Below are positions 1 through 8,785 of a stretch of DNA of 64,000 nt, one piece after another. The first letter of the stretch is position 1. Every line of letters begins with the position of its first letter. Source of the DNA: a virus (Duplodnaviria > Heunggongvirae > Uroviricota > Caudoviricetes); the IMG/VR virus record IMGVR_UViG_3300045391_007586. One strand, written 5' to 3'. Below the pieces are notes generated by a model. That model did not search any database and had not been told where the DNA came from. It worked only from the letters and a program-made list of their open reading frames with translations. A program made the position numbers and the translations under genes.

Positions 1-705
1 GTTGAACTCGTATTTGCCAACGTGAACCTGCCGGTCGAACGGGTAGTAGACGCGGCCAGACATCACTTCGAAGGACGCCAGAAACTCCTGCTTGAACGAC
101 TTCTCGTCCATGTCCTTGCGCGCCGCTTCAATCTCCGCTGGTGGGATGAACGGCGAAGTGATAGTCGGAAACTGCCACGACTCCCAGATGCCGCGTGCGC
201 GTAGCTTCGCGTCCTGACCGTTCTTGTAGACGGTGTAGAGGTAGTTGTAGGCTTTCGGTGTGCCGATGAAGATCGCGGAGCCGCCCCGGTCAGCCAGGGT
301 CGGGCGCAGCACCTTCGTCCACGTCTCTTCGGTCATGTCCTGGAACTCGTCCAGAACGATGAAGTCGATACCGACGCCGCGCAACGAGTCCGGCTTGTCG
401 GCACCCTTCAGCTCGATCCGGGAACCGTTGATGAGCGTGATCGAAAGCGTCGTCTCGTTGATCTTGCGCACCCACCGACGCGGGATTGCTTCCAGCAGGT
501 CGGTCCACATGATCTGCTTTGCCATGCGGTAGCTCGGCGCCACATACCAGACCTTTTGCCGCTTCTTCTTTGCGGCCCACTTGATCATTTCGACGCGCGA
601 GAGTGCCGTCTTGCCCCAACGGCGACCGGCGACCACCACGCGGAAGCGCGCGGGCGAACGATGCACCTGCCATTGCTTCTCGTGCAGGGAGAGATTGACG
701 CGCAT
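1..705 (-). CDS. terL: terminase large subunit, N-terminal ATPase part (gene runs off window start)
   Basis: Minus-strand translation from ATG at 703-705 gives MRVNLSLHEKQWQVHRSPARFRVVVAGRRWGKT...VLDEFQD: Walker A and Walker B of phage terminase ATPases. Starts 12 nt after the terS stop. Confidence 0.8.
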   Translation of the reverse strand, partial: MRVNLSLHEKQWQVHRSPARFRVVVAGRRWGKTALSRVEMIKWAAKKKRQKVWYVAPSYRMAKQIMWTDLLEAIPRRWVRKINETTLSITLINGSRIELKGADKPDSLRGVGIDFIVLDEFQDMTEETWTKVLRPTLADRGGSAIFIGTPKAYNYLYTVYKNGQDAKLRARGIWESWQFPTITSPFIPPAEIEAARKDMDEKSFKQEFLASFEVMSGRVYYPFDRQVHVGKYEFN

Positions 706-716
706 TGCCATGCGTG

Positions 717-1397
717 TCAGCCCTCTTCAACGATCTCGTCGTCTTCGTCGTCGGCGTCCGATTCGTCGTCCACAACCGACTGATCGGGCTTCGCCACTTC
801 GATGTCGAGACCCATTTCTTCCGCCAGCAGACGATCGCGCTCGCGAAGCTGCTCGATCTGCTCTGGCGTGAGCTCCTGGATTACGAGGTCCGGGAGTGCT
901 TCTTCGTCGACGTAATCGTCCTTGTCCAGGCCCAGGCACGCGTAACGCTCTTCGCGTGCCTTCCTGAGCGCGTTCATCGCCAGTTCAAGCGCCTTGACGT
1001 TGTTGATGATGGCGCCGAATGGGGTTGCGTTCGCCTTGGCCTGGACAATTTCCGCCCAGGTCAGCTTCGCCAGGCCCGCGGCCATCTTGTAGTGCTCTTC
1101 CTTGGTCTCGCGGATGCGCTGAGCCAGGAGTGCAGCTTCCTCCTTTGCGGCCTTGCTCACGGCGTCTTCGGCCGCGGCCCGGATGTCTTTCGCCTTGTCG
1201 CCCTTCTTCAGGCCGATCTTGTTGAAGTGGCGCGTGAACGCCGACTTTTGCAGGCCATACTTGGCGCAGAGCTGCGGCAGCGTAATCTCGCCGGCACCCC
1301 ACAACGCTTCGGCTTCAGCCCATTGACGAGGCGTCAGCCGCTTTCGAGGCTTGACTGTCTTCGCTGCTGCTTCGGCCGTCACTTCACTCATTTCCAA
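717..1397 (-). CDS. terS: terminase small subunit (HTH DNA-binding, acidic C-terminus)
   Basis: ORF-track 226 aa: TPRQWAEAEALWGAGEITLPQLCAKYGL HTH; immediately upstream of terL on the same strand; start is TTG. Confidence 0.65.
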   Translation of the reverse strand: MEMSEVTAEAAAKTVKPRKRLTPRQWAEAEALWGAGEITLPQLCAKYGLQKSAFTRHFNKIGLKKGDKAKDIRAAAEDAVSKAAKEEAALLAQRIRETKEEHYKMAAGLAKLTWAEIVQAKANATPFGAIINNVKALELAMNALRKAREERYACLGLDKDDYVDEEALPDLVIQELTPEQIEQLRERDRLLAEEMGLDIEVAKPDQSVVDDESDADDEDDEIVEEG

Positions 1398-1402
1398 AAA
1401 TC

Positions 1403-1431
1403 AAAAAAAAAAGGGCGCTGGAGTTGCGCCC
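1403..1431 (-). terminator. hairpin GGGCGC-N7-GCGCCC followed by T10 on minus strand
   Basis: Plus strand shows A10 then gggcgctggagttgcgccc; on the minus strand this is a stem followed by a U-tract, between the hypothetical gene at 1489-1809 and terS. Confidence 0.5.
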
Positions 1432-1488
1432 ATGCAGGGGAGGAGAGTTCCATGCAGGTAGCAACACTAACAAAAATCACGTCGAATG

Positions 1489-1809
1489 TCAATCAGCGAT
1501 GACTGATTGTCTTTCAAAAACTTCGACCTGTCGGATGAAGTCCGCCGCAGCCGCGTATGCGTGCGCCGCACTCCGGTAGTGCCGTGTGAGCATCACTTCC
1601 TCGCGAAACCAGAACACCGCCGTTACGCTGTCTTCCTGATTGCTGACGAGGCAGATGTTCTCGATCCGGGATCGGGCGAGCGCTTCTGCGTCCCGGTCGC
1701 TGTCGCAAAAGCTGGAGCCGGGACTCCCCTCCCACTCCCTTAACCTGGGGTCAGCTTGGGGTCCGGGTATGAAATCCAGGTTGATGATTCTTACCTGTAT
1801 ATCTTTCAT
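1489..1809 (-). CDS. hypothetical protein
   Basis: 106 aa ORF; AT-rich upstream region containing TATAAATA (minus orientation) around 1823-1840. Confidence 0.4.
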   Translation of the reverse strand: MKDIQVRIINLDFIPGPQADPRLREWEGSPGSSFCDSDRDAEALARSRIENICLVSNQEDSVTAVFWFREEVMLTRHYRSAAHAYAAAADFIRQVEVFERQSVIAD

Positions 1810-1884
1810 AGAAGAGGTTTGGTTCTTATATATTTATAGAAACGCGACTCGAACCCAAGTTTTGGGGAGGACGCCCCAAGTTGA

Positions 1885-2238
1885 TCACCGGATGAACTCT
1901 TCGGTCACGACATCCCGGCTTAGCTCGTCTTCTTCGACCGACACGATGTAGGTTTTCGAGGACGCGGAATCGCGCGGCCCCATGACCTTCAGCCCGAGCT
2001 CGGTGGCGACGACCGTGCGGCGGGCGTGCGAACCGCGCTTTTCCAACTCCTGCTTCACGATCAATCCCTTGGCGATGAGCGCCCGGATCGAGAACTGGAG
2101 CGACTGCTTGGTTGTCACGTAAGACAGCTTTGCGAGAATCTGGTCCAGGTCGACGGCGGTCCCGTCTTCATTCTTGCGAATGATGATCGACATCAGCTCG
2201 TGCTGCTTCTTCGTGAGTCTGAGGTAGGGATTGCTCAT
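1885..2238 (-). CDS. winged-helix (MarR-like) DNA-binding protein
   Basis: Trimmed to ATG at 2238 (MSNPYLRLTKKQHELMSIII...); wHTH-like pattern; 4-nt overlap with the upstream ORF stop. Confidence 0.5.
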   Translation of the reverse strand: MSNPYLRLTKKQHELMSIIIRKNEDGTAVDLDQILAKLSYVTTKQSLQFSIRALIAKGLIVKQELEKRGSHARRTVVATELGLKVMGPRDSASSKTYIVSVEEDELSRDVVTEEFIR

Positions 2239-3146
2239 AAGAGGTCCAATCGAAGCGGTTGGTCTGTTGGTTGGTTGTCGAACGCGAGAAGCGGTATGCG
2301 GCCCGGTAAATCGCGCGCAGCGCCCTTCGCAACGTCGTAGTCGGGATTGATGTAGAGCCCGTAGAGTGGACTTGCGAGCGTGAGTTGCTGGATCGACTTC
2401 ACGAGGTAGCCGACCGCCATGCCATCGACGCGCTTGGTCCCGTTCATCCGGTTGTCCCCCGACTTCTCCATCGACGACCACGAGTAGTAGCTCTTGCGCA
2501 GCTCCGCGACGCACTTCTCGCGCACCGGACCTGGCATGGCGTCGAGCTCAGCCATGATCGCCGTGTAGTCCGAGGGCATCGCCTCGAACCAGCGCCGAAA
2601 GAGCGCCAGGCCCTTCTCGTAGTTGGCCGAGCGCTTTGGGCGCGTGAACTTGACGCCCGCCTTCGCCGCGAACGGGTTGAACTTCGACATCGAGGACTGG
2701 AACTCAATCTGCCGGCACCCGGACATGCGCATCATGAGGTTCTGCATGCGGTAGGCGATCCCGGCACCCCGGAACATCGTGTCCAGCACGACCCGGCTGT
2801 TGGTGCAGGAGGTCGCGTTGAGCCACTTCGCGCGGTGCGTGTTCATGAGCTTGGTGTCGCGCCCGTCCTGGTTCGGCCGCATGTGTGGCATTGCCTCGTT
2901 GCGGCCGGACAGCAGCATCTTGGGCACCGTCATCACGCCCACGCCGATCGTCTCGCCGTCGAGCGCGCACCGGAAATAGCGCTCTCCAATGCCGAGGTTC
3001 GTCGCCTTGTAATGCAGCTCGTGCAGCAAGTCCCAATCCGCCTTCGTGCCGCGCTCGACGTAAATGCGCGGCAGCAAGGACAGGCGGTGGCCGGCCGGGA
3101 TGTCCCGCCGCTCCACCAGGAAGTCCGCGTTGTCGACGACGATCAC
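2235..3146 (-). CDS. hypothetical protein (303 aa)
   Basis: Long ORF with ordinary amino-acid composition; overlapping-stop/start operon context. Confidence 0.5.
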   Translation of the reverse strand: MIVVDNADFLVERRDIPAGHRLSLLPRIYVERGTKADWDLLHELHYKATNLGIGERYFRCALDGETIGVGVMTVPKMLLSGRNEAMPHMRPNQDGRDTKLMNTHRAKWLNATSCTNSRVVLDTMFRGAGIAYRMQNLMMRMSGCRQIEFQSSMSKFNPFAAKAGVKFTRPKRSANYEKGLALFRRWFEAMPSDYTAIMAELDAMPGPVREKCVAELRKSYYSWSSMEKSGDNRMNGTKRVDGMAVGYLVKSIQQLTLASPLYGLYINPDYDVAKGAARDLPGRIPLLAFDNQPTDQPLRLDLL

Positions 3147-3340
3147 TTCTTGCCCTTCTTCACCACCTTCACGTCGGCCGGCAGCAGAGTGCCGGACTCC
3201 TGAAGCGGCTTTTTCGTGCCCTTGAACAGGTCCGCGCCGCCGAGCGAATCATTGAGCTTGCGCGCGATGTCCATCGCGTTGCCGCTACCCTGCTTTTCCT
3301 TGCCCGTAACGGCGCCAGGGTTCAGTGGTTTGACTGCCAT
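3143..3340 (-). CDS. small Lys-rich hypothetical protein (65 aa)
   Basis: ATG at 3340 preceded by GAGGA RBS; MAVKPLNPGAVTGKEKQGSG...KKGKK. Confidence 0.4.
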   Translation of the reverse strand: MAVKPLNPGAVTGKEKQGSGNAMDIARKLNDSLGGADLFKGTKKPLQESGTLLPADVKVVKKGKK

Positions 3341-3612
3341 TTGAAAATCCTCTCGATCTTGGGAATGATGTGTTGATGCGTCCAGATGCTCGACGCAATG
3401 CCTAGACAGCCAGCCGCGGCCGAGACCCAGAAGGTCGTCAAGCCGCCCGTGGCCGCGTAGCGCACGAATGTGAAGTTGCTGACGCTGATCCAGAACGAAG
3501 TCACCACTGCCCAGACGTAGCGCCCCTGATTCACGTTGCGCGACTGGAGCCCGAGCAGGAAGACAACGAAGAACGACGCCAGGAAGAGCGGCACGTAGCT
3601 CAAACGCAGCAC
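3322..3612 (-). CDS. membrane protein
   Basis: 96 aa with three hydrophobic segments. Confidence 0.4.
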   Translation of the reverse strand: MLRLSYVPLFLASFFVVFLLGLQSRNVNQGRYVWAVVTSFWISVSNFTFVRYAATGGLTTFWVSAAAGCLGIASSIWTHQHIIPKIERIFKWQSNH

Positions 3613-3782
3613 TCCACCAACGTCGTCGTGACCACCGCGCAGCCGGTCGGCGGGAAGTCGTCATCGTCGATCCACCAGAACGGGTCGATCGAGCCGAAGT
3701 CGATCCAGCCTTTGCTGTCGACCCAGGCGCCGACCAGCAGAACGGCGATCACGAGAAAGGGCAAACCGAGAACGAGCAGCAT
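3600..3782 (-). CDS. small membrane protein
   Basis: 60 aa with hydrophobic N-terminus, in operon. Confidence 0.3.
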   Translation of the reverse strand: MLLVLGLPFLVIAVLLVGAWVDSKGWIDFGSIDPFWWIDDDDFPPTGCAVVTTTLVECCV

Positions 3783-4123
3783 CAGTCGAACTCCAGTGAC
3801 GAGGTAATGCCCGCGTTTTCGAGGATGGCGCGAAGCTGAGCCTCCGTCCGAGCGCTGGAGAAACCACCCACCATTGCGCCATCGCGGTAGATGCGCATGT
3901 TTGGGACAGCGCGCACGTTCTCCTGCGCGGCAAGCTCCCGTTCGGTGCCGGCGTCGACGCGAGCCAGGTCAAACGGCAACTCCATTGCCAGCTTCATGAG
4001 AAGCGGCTTGAGCTGCTTGCAGGGACCGCACCACTCCGCCCAGAAGAGAACGACCACGGGGCTCGTTTTTGAGCGCTCCAGAACTTCCGCACGAAAGTCT
4101 GGTGTCTTCACGTCGAAAATCAT
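3782..4123 (-). CDS. trxA: thioredoxin
   Basis: Trimmed to ATG at 4123; WCGPC active-site motif; about 114 aa. Confidence 0.8.
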   Translation of the reverse strand: MIFDVKTPDFRAEVLERSKTSPVVVLFWAEWCGPCKQLKPLLMKLAMELPFDLARVDAGTERELAAQENVRAVPNMRIYRDGAMVGGFSSARTEAQLRAILENAGITSSLEFD

Positions 4124-4803
4124 TGCGGAAGCCCCTGTGCGTCTTGTAGCGCGCCCTCGCGATACCCTTCGGGCACCCGGACGAGCGAAATCTTTTCGCG
4201 ATAGCGCTTCTCGATGATCAGGTTCGGCGCCAGGTCGTCCTTCATGTCGGTGTGCGTGGTCGCCACGAGCACCGTAGCCATCTGCCGACGCGCGATCTTC
4301 TGGAGGTTGAAGGCAATGACCTTGGCCGTTGTGCGGTCGAGCACAGCCAGAAACTCGTCTGCAATCCACACGTCCGCGCCCGACTCAATCAGCTTGGCGA
4401 GCCGGAACCGGTAGCGTTGACCATCCGAGAGCTCCGCGGGCTTGCGCACGAACAGGTAGGCGTCGTTCAGGCCGGCGATCGACAGCAGTTCGAGCGCGTG
4501 CGTCGTGTCGCGGCCAATCTGGTCGATCAGCGGCACGTCGCGCAGCTCCACCTTGTCGATGTCCGCGACATGCGCGCCCGCCTTCTTCATCGCCGCGGCG
4601 AGCTCACGCAACACCGTCGACTTGCCCGAGCCCGACTGGCCGGTGACGTAAACCACGTCGCCCTGCTCTATCTCGATCTCCTGGTTGTCGAAGACGACGA
4701 ACTCCTTGTCGTCCAGGCCAAGACCAAATGCTTCCGCGATTTCCAGCACGCGGGGGCTGCGCTCGACGCGCGAGGCGTAGCGCTTGTCGATGGTGTAGAT
4801 CAT
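4120..4803 (-). CDS. standalone ABC-type ATPase
   Basis: Trimmed to ATG at 4803; Walker A GQSGSGKST, ABC signature LSDGQRYR, Walker B VWIADE; ATGA overlaps at both ends. Confidence 0.75.
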   Translation of the reverse strand: MIYTIDKRYASRVERSPRVLEIAEAFGLGLDDKEFVVFDNQEIEIEQGDVVYVTGQSGSGKSTVLRELAAAMKKAGAHVADIDKVELRDVPLIDQIGRDTTHALELLSIAGLNDAYLFVRKPAELSDGQRYRFRLAKLIESGADVWIADEFLAVLDRTTAKVIAFNLQKIARRQMATVLVATTHTDMKDDLAPNLIIEKRYREKISLVRVPEGYREGALQDAQGLPQ

Positions 4804-5177
4804 TCCGAGTCCAACTCCGGCTGCGTTGCATTGATGCGCGCCCACCACTTCACAGCTTCCGGGTTGTCCTGCCAGAACTGGCAAATCGCGTGGGCGAAAT
4901 GTGTGACGTAATCCTCTTCTTCCAGCTTGTGCTCCGAGCGGTCGCCGATTTCCCGCGCCCAACACATGCCGTGCATGACTTCGTGGATGAACGTGTCGGC
5001 AAGGTTCTGCGGCTTCTGGCCGGCACCGATCAAGATGCGCTGTTCGCTCGGACACGTGCTGCCGAGAAAACCGCCTGCCTCCGCGTGGTCCTTGTCGACC
5101 ACCTGAACGTCGAACCAGAAGTTGCCGATCTTGACGTTCTTCGGGATACCGATGTAGTGCAGCTCAAGGCCATTCAT
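4800..5177 (-). CDS. HExxH zinc-metallopeptidase-like small protein
   Basis: 125 aa containing FIHEVMHGM (HExxH). Confidence 0.5.
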   Translation of the reverse strand: MNGLELHYIGIPKNVKIGNFWFDVQVVDKDHAEAGGFLGSTCPSEQRILIGAGQKPQNLADTFIHEVMHGMCWAREIGDRSEHKLEEEDYVTHFAHAICQFWQDNPEAVKWWARINATQPELDSE

Positions 5178-5833
5178 GCCGCCGCTCCGATGAATTGCTT
5201 TGCGTGGGCCTCGAAGGCGCTCGCGCCCGTCAGCCCTGTCTGGGATTCGATGAGCGCCATGAAGCGCGCAATGACGCGTTCAGCGGCGCCATTGATCGTC
5301 TTGAAGCCGAGAGCCTTGTCGATCTTGACCGGCCGCTTGTCAGCTTCCTCGACGTGCGCGGCCGTCTCCGACGCCATCCGCACCGCCTCCTGTTCGACAT
5401 TTGCGACAAGCGCGTCCGCGTTCAGCTCGCCCAGATCGACGGAGAAGAATTCGAGCTCCTTCTTGTCGAAGATGCCTTCGAGGTCGAAGTCGAGCGATTC
5501 GAGCTCCTTCTTCAGGAGGTCCGTGTCGATGTCGCCCATCGCGACGCGGTTGTCGGCGAGCCGCGCGGCACGAACTTCGTCCGGCGTCAGGTCGTCGCGC
5601 ACAATCACCGGAACTTCCGTGAGCCCAAGCGAAAGCGCGGCCAGGCGCCGGCCGTGGCCGGCAATGATCACGCCGTCCGCATCGGTGACGATCGCGGTGA
5701 TCCAGCCGAACTTCTTGATCGACTCGGCGATTTTCTTGACTTGCGCCTCGTCGTGCTTTTTCGAGTTCAGCTCGTAGGGCTTGAGCCAGTCGATCGGCTT
5801 CTTGACCGGCTTCGGAGTCTTCACGTCGCTCAT
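5174..5833 (-). CDS. ParB-like nuclease domain protein
   Basis: ParB N-terminal domain signature (YELNSKKHDEAQVKKIAESIKKFGW...IAGHGRRLAA). Confidence 0.7.
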   Translation of the reverse strand: MSDVKTPKPVKKPIDWLKPYELNSKKHDEAQVKKIAESIKKFGWITAIVTDADGVIIAGHGRRLAALSLGLTEVPVIVRDDLTPDEVRAARLADNRVAMGDIDTDLLKKELESLDFDLEGIFDKKELEFFSVDLGELNADALVANVEQEAVRMASETAAHVEEADKRPVKIDKALGFKTINGAAERVIARFMALIESQTGLTGASAFEAHAKQFIGAAA

Positions 5834-6009
5834 GCGGCCTCCAGATACACGCGGAATTCGTCGATGCTCATCACATCGACTTCCTCTTCGTCATCCGGCG
5901 CTTCATAGTTGCTGCCGTCATCGCACGAGTCGCACTGAAACGGGTCGTGCTGACGGTTCACGCAGCTCCGGCATTCGGGATAGCCCCGTCCGTTGCAACG
6001 AGTGTTCAT
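5830..6009 (-). CDS. small Cys-rich (zinc-ribbon-like) protein, 59 aa
   Basis: Own translation: MNTRCNGRGYPECRSCVNRQHDPFQCDSCDDGSNYEAPDDEEEVDVMSIDEFRVYLEAA; stop overlaps the parB-like start. Confidence 0.35.
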   Translation of the reverse strand: MNTRCNGRGYPECRSCVNRQHDPFQCDSCDDGSNYEAPDDEEEVDVMSIDEFRVYLEAA

Positions 6010-6272
6010 GCACCCACCACCTGCCAGTCGCCAGCAAGCACGTCCGTTTGCGACGCGAGCCAGGGCACGAAGTCGTCCTGTGCCGTCTTCATGCCGATCC
6101 AGGGAAGCAGCTTCTTGCCAGCGACGGCCGGCACGCCATGCACCGCGTATTCGTCCGGGTAGACGAGCACGAGGAACATGCCCTTGCCGTTCCAGCCTGC
6201 GCGGGCGATTTTCTGGCCCGCCTTCAGTTGCAGCAGGGCTGCGGAGAAATCGAGATTTGCCATTTCACGCAC
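6006..6272 (-). CDS. hypothetical phage protein (DUF2829-like pattern)
   Basis: 88 aa; MANLDFSAALLQLKAGQKIARAGWNGKGMFL. Confidence 0.45.
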   Translation of the reverse strand: MREMANLDFSAALLQLKAGQKIARAGWNGKGMFLVLVYPDEYAVHGVPAVAGKKLLPWIGMKTAQDDFVPWLASQTDVLAGDWQVVGA

Positions 6273-6918
6273 CTTTGAATGCGGACATCAGTTGAACGAA
6301 GGCATCGCCCGCGTTCGACAAGCTGTCGCCCCCGGTGAAGCCGTTTTCCTTCATCGTCCGGTCGATGATTTCGGCGATCCAGCTCTGGTCGTCGACCGGC
6401 ACCTTGAAACGCATGACGACATGCGTTTGCGCGGGCCGCTCTTTCGGAAGCGGTGCAGGCGTTTCGCTCGTGTCGTCGGGAATGTCGAGCTCGTCGAACT
6501 TGATGTCGACGGCGGAAAAGATGGAAGCGAAGTCCGCGTCCGAATACGGGAGGAACGTCGCGAGGTCTTCCGGGCTCCCGAGCGATTCGAGCAGCGACGC
6601 GAGTTCGAGCGTGTCGTCCGCGCCGTAGCGGCCGTTGTCGACGATGCCAATCTCTTTGGCCTTCCTGTCGTCGACGTGTCCGACGTTCACGATCGGCACT
6701 TCCGCCATGCCGAGCCGGATTGCCGCTTCGTTGCGGTGTTGACCGCCCAGGATTTCGAGCGTGCCGTCGTCCAGCTCACGCACAACGACCGGCTTGAACA
6801 TGCCGAGCCGCTTGATCGACGCGTCGAGCTTCGCTTCGGCGTCCGGCCCCATGTGATTCGTGTTCCACGGGTTTGCCTTCAGCGTGCGCGGGTCAATCGA
6901 CGTGAATCGCGGTGTCAT
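6265..6918 (-). CDS. ParB-like nuclease domain protein (second copy)
   Basis: Trimmed to ATG at 6918; ...LEILGGQHRNEAAIRLG... ParB/Srx fold motif. Confidence 0.7.
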   Translation of the reverse strand: MTPRFTSIDPRTLKANPWNTNHMGPDAEAKLDASIKRLGMFKPVVVRELDDGTLEILGGQHRNEAAIRLGMAEVPIVNVGHVDDRKAKEIGIVDNGRYGADDTLELASLLESLGSPEDLATFLPYSDADFASIFSAVDIKFDELDIPDDTSETPAPLPKERPAQTHVVMRFKVPVDDQSWIAEIIDRTMKENGFTGGDSLSNAGDAFVQLMSAFKGA

Positions 6919-6942
6919 TGCCACGTGTTTCCTTATAGAACC

Positions 6943-6972
6943 TTGACTGTCAGTCGTAATTGACTGACAATC
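6943..6972. promoter_or_regulatory. near-symmetric copy of recurrent motif 1 in the divergent region between the parB-like gene and the helicase
   Basis: ttgactgtcagtcgtaattgactgacaatc; matches the TCAGTCGTARCTGAC family seen at about 28 sites. Confidence 0.4.
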
Positions 6973-7005
6973 TACTCCAAGTGAACACCATTGGCAAGTC
7001 CTTAC

Positions 7006-8733
7006 ATGGCCGAAACCGTCATCATTGCGTCGAACGCGGTGGTAGCTAAGCTCCACAACCCATCACGCGAAGCCAAGCAGGCAGTCCAGTCGATCCTGAG
7101 CTACAAGGTGGCCGGCGCCGACCAGGATATTCGGGTGATCAATGGGTCTTGGGACGGTCGCAGCTCATTCTTCGATTTCCGTCTCGGCACCTTCCCTGCC
7201 GGATTCGTTCCGCTTGTCGCCGCGCATCTGCGCAAGCGCGGATTCGACGTGAAGCAGGCGAAAAAGCCCCTTCCGACGCCGCTCGGCCCTGTTCGGCCTG
7301 TGATTGACGCGTTCGGATACGGTGACGAGCGCTATGACTACCAGCCGGAGATCATGGACCGGCTCGTGCAGCACGGGCAGATCATCGCGCAGGTCGCAAC
7401 CGGTGGCGGCAAGAGCCGGATTGCCCGCATGTGTTACGCGCGGATCAACCGGCCGACGCTTTTCCTGACCACGCGCTCGATCCTGATGTATCAGATGAAG
7501 GACGCCTTCGAGCGCGACATGGGAATCCCGGTTTCCGTGCTCGGCGATGGCGAATTCGGGCACACGATCATCGACAGCGACGGCAACAAGCGTCAGGCGA
7601 TCAAGAAAATGACCGTTGGCATGGTCCAGACGCTCATTTCCCGGCTCGAAGTGAAGACGCTCGCGGGCGAGTTCACCGCAATCTACGAAGCGCAGCAGAA
7701 GAAGGAGCAGCGCCAGCTCGAAGCCGAAGAGAAGCGGCTCAAGCAGCTCGGTCTGAAGCCCGCGGATGTCGCTGCCGGCCTCAAGGTGTTGCGCGCGAGT
7801 CAGGAAAAGGTGCGTCCGAGCGCCGACGCGATGAAAAAGCAGGCCCAGGCCCGCGTCGACAAGCAGGCGGCGATCCGCGAGCAGACCATCAACCTGCTGT
7901 CCAAGTTCGAGTTCGTCATCGGCGAAGAAGCGCACGAGGCTTCCGGCAACTCCTACTTCGAAATCCTGCGTCACTGCAAGAACGCCTACTACCGTCTTGC
8001 GCTGACGGCCACGCCGTTCATGAAGGACGATGAGGAATCGAACATGCGCCTGATGGCGTCGTTCGGCCCGATCGGCTACCGGGTAACGGAGAAGATGCTG
8101 ATCGACCGCGGCATCCTCGCCAAGCCCTACTTCAAATACGTCAGGCTGCGGCAGCGCCCGCCGATGCTCACGCGCACGACAGGCTGGCAGGCCGCTTACA
8201 GGCTTGGGATCACGGACAACGAAGAACGCAACGCGGCGATCGTCTACGAGGCAATCCGTGCGGCCCGCCTGAACCTGCCGGTGATGATCCTGATCCAGCA
8301 CAAGACGCACGGCCAGGCGATCCTCGAAAAGCTGCGGGCGGCAAGCATCCCGACGCGGTTCATCATGGGCGAGAACGACACCGACGAGCGCAAGGAAGCG
8401 CTGACGCAGCTCGCAGACGGCAAGATCAAGGTGCTCATCGGCTCGACCATCCTGGATGTCGGCGTCGACGTGCCGGCCGTCTACCTGGTCATTCTCGCGG
8501 GAGGTGGGAAAGCTGAAGTCGCGCTGCGGCAGCGCATCGGGCGCGGTCTTCGCGCGAAGAAGACTGGACCGAACGTCGCGCTCGTGGTTGACTTCGATGA
8601 CCCGTTCAACAATCACCTGAAGAAGCACGCACAGCAACGCGAAGAGATCGTGCGCACCACGCCGGGATTCGGCGAGAACATTCTGCCGCCGGGTGTGGAC
8701 TTTGACTTCGCTGGCCTGGGTTTGGCCGCTTGA
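7006..8733 (+). CDS. SF2 DEAD/DEAH-box DNA helicase
   Basis: Walker A ATGGGKS, GEEAHE, LTATP, QRIGRGLR motifs; ATG at 7006 (TTG at 6991 also possible). Confidence 0.85.
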   Translation: MAETVIIASNAVVAKLHNPSREAKQAVQSILSYKVAGADQDIRVINGSWDGRSSFFDFRLGTFPAGFVPLVAAHLRKRGFDVKQAKKPLPTPLGPVRPVIDAFGYGDERYDYQPEIMDRLVQHGQIIAQVATGGGKSRIARMCYARINRPTLFLTTRSILMYQMKDAFERDMGIPVSVLGDGEFGHTIIDSDGNKRQAIKKMTVGMVQTLISRLEVKTLAGEFTAIYEAQQKKEQRQLEAEEKRLKQLGLKPADVAAGLKVLRASQEKVRPSADAMKKQAQARVDKQAAIREQTINLLSKFEFVIGEEAHEASGNSYFEILRHCKNAYYRLALTATPFMKDDEESNMRLMASFGPIGYRVTEKMLIDRGILAKPYFKYVRLRQRPPMLTRTTGWQAAYRLGITDNEERNAAIVYEAIRAARLNLPVMILIQHKTHGQAILEKLRAASIPTRFIMGENDTDERKEALTQLADGKIKVLIGSTILDVGVDVPAVYLVILAGGGKAEVALRQRIGRGLRAKKTGPNVALVVDFDDPFNNHLKKHAQQREEIVRTTPGFGENILPPGVDFDFAGLGLAA

Positions 8734-8785
8734 CAATCAGTCGTCGCTGACTTACAGTTAAATCCTCTGCTGACGGCTCCGACAC

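Noticed and set aside
1830-1885. tRNA-like GGTTCGAGTC T-loop-like string on the minus strand
   Set aside because: Could not build acceptor, D and anticodon arms around it; the flanking sequence forms two simple GC hairpins instead. No tRNA called.
3143-3664. 173-aa ORF (MTTSRRPAARWSRRRWW...)
   Set aside because: The N-terminal two thirds are Arg/Trp-rich nonsense overlapping the membrane-protein gene; only the C-terminal 65 aa with its own RBS were kept (3143-3340).
7165-8736. 523-aa minus-strand ORF antisense to the helicase
   Set aside because: Arg/Ala/Pro-rich composition typical of GC-driven antisense ORFs; the plus-strand ORF has a full set of SF2 helicase motifs.
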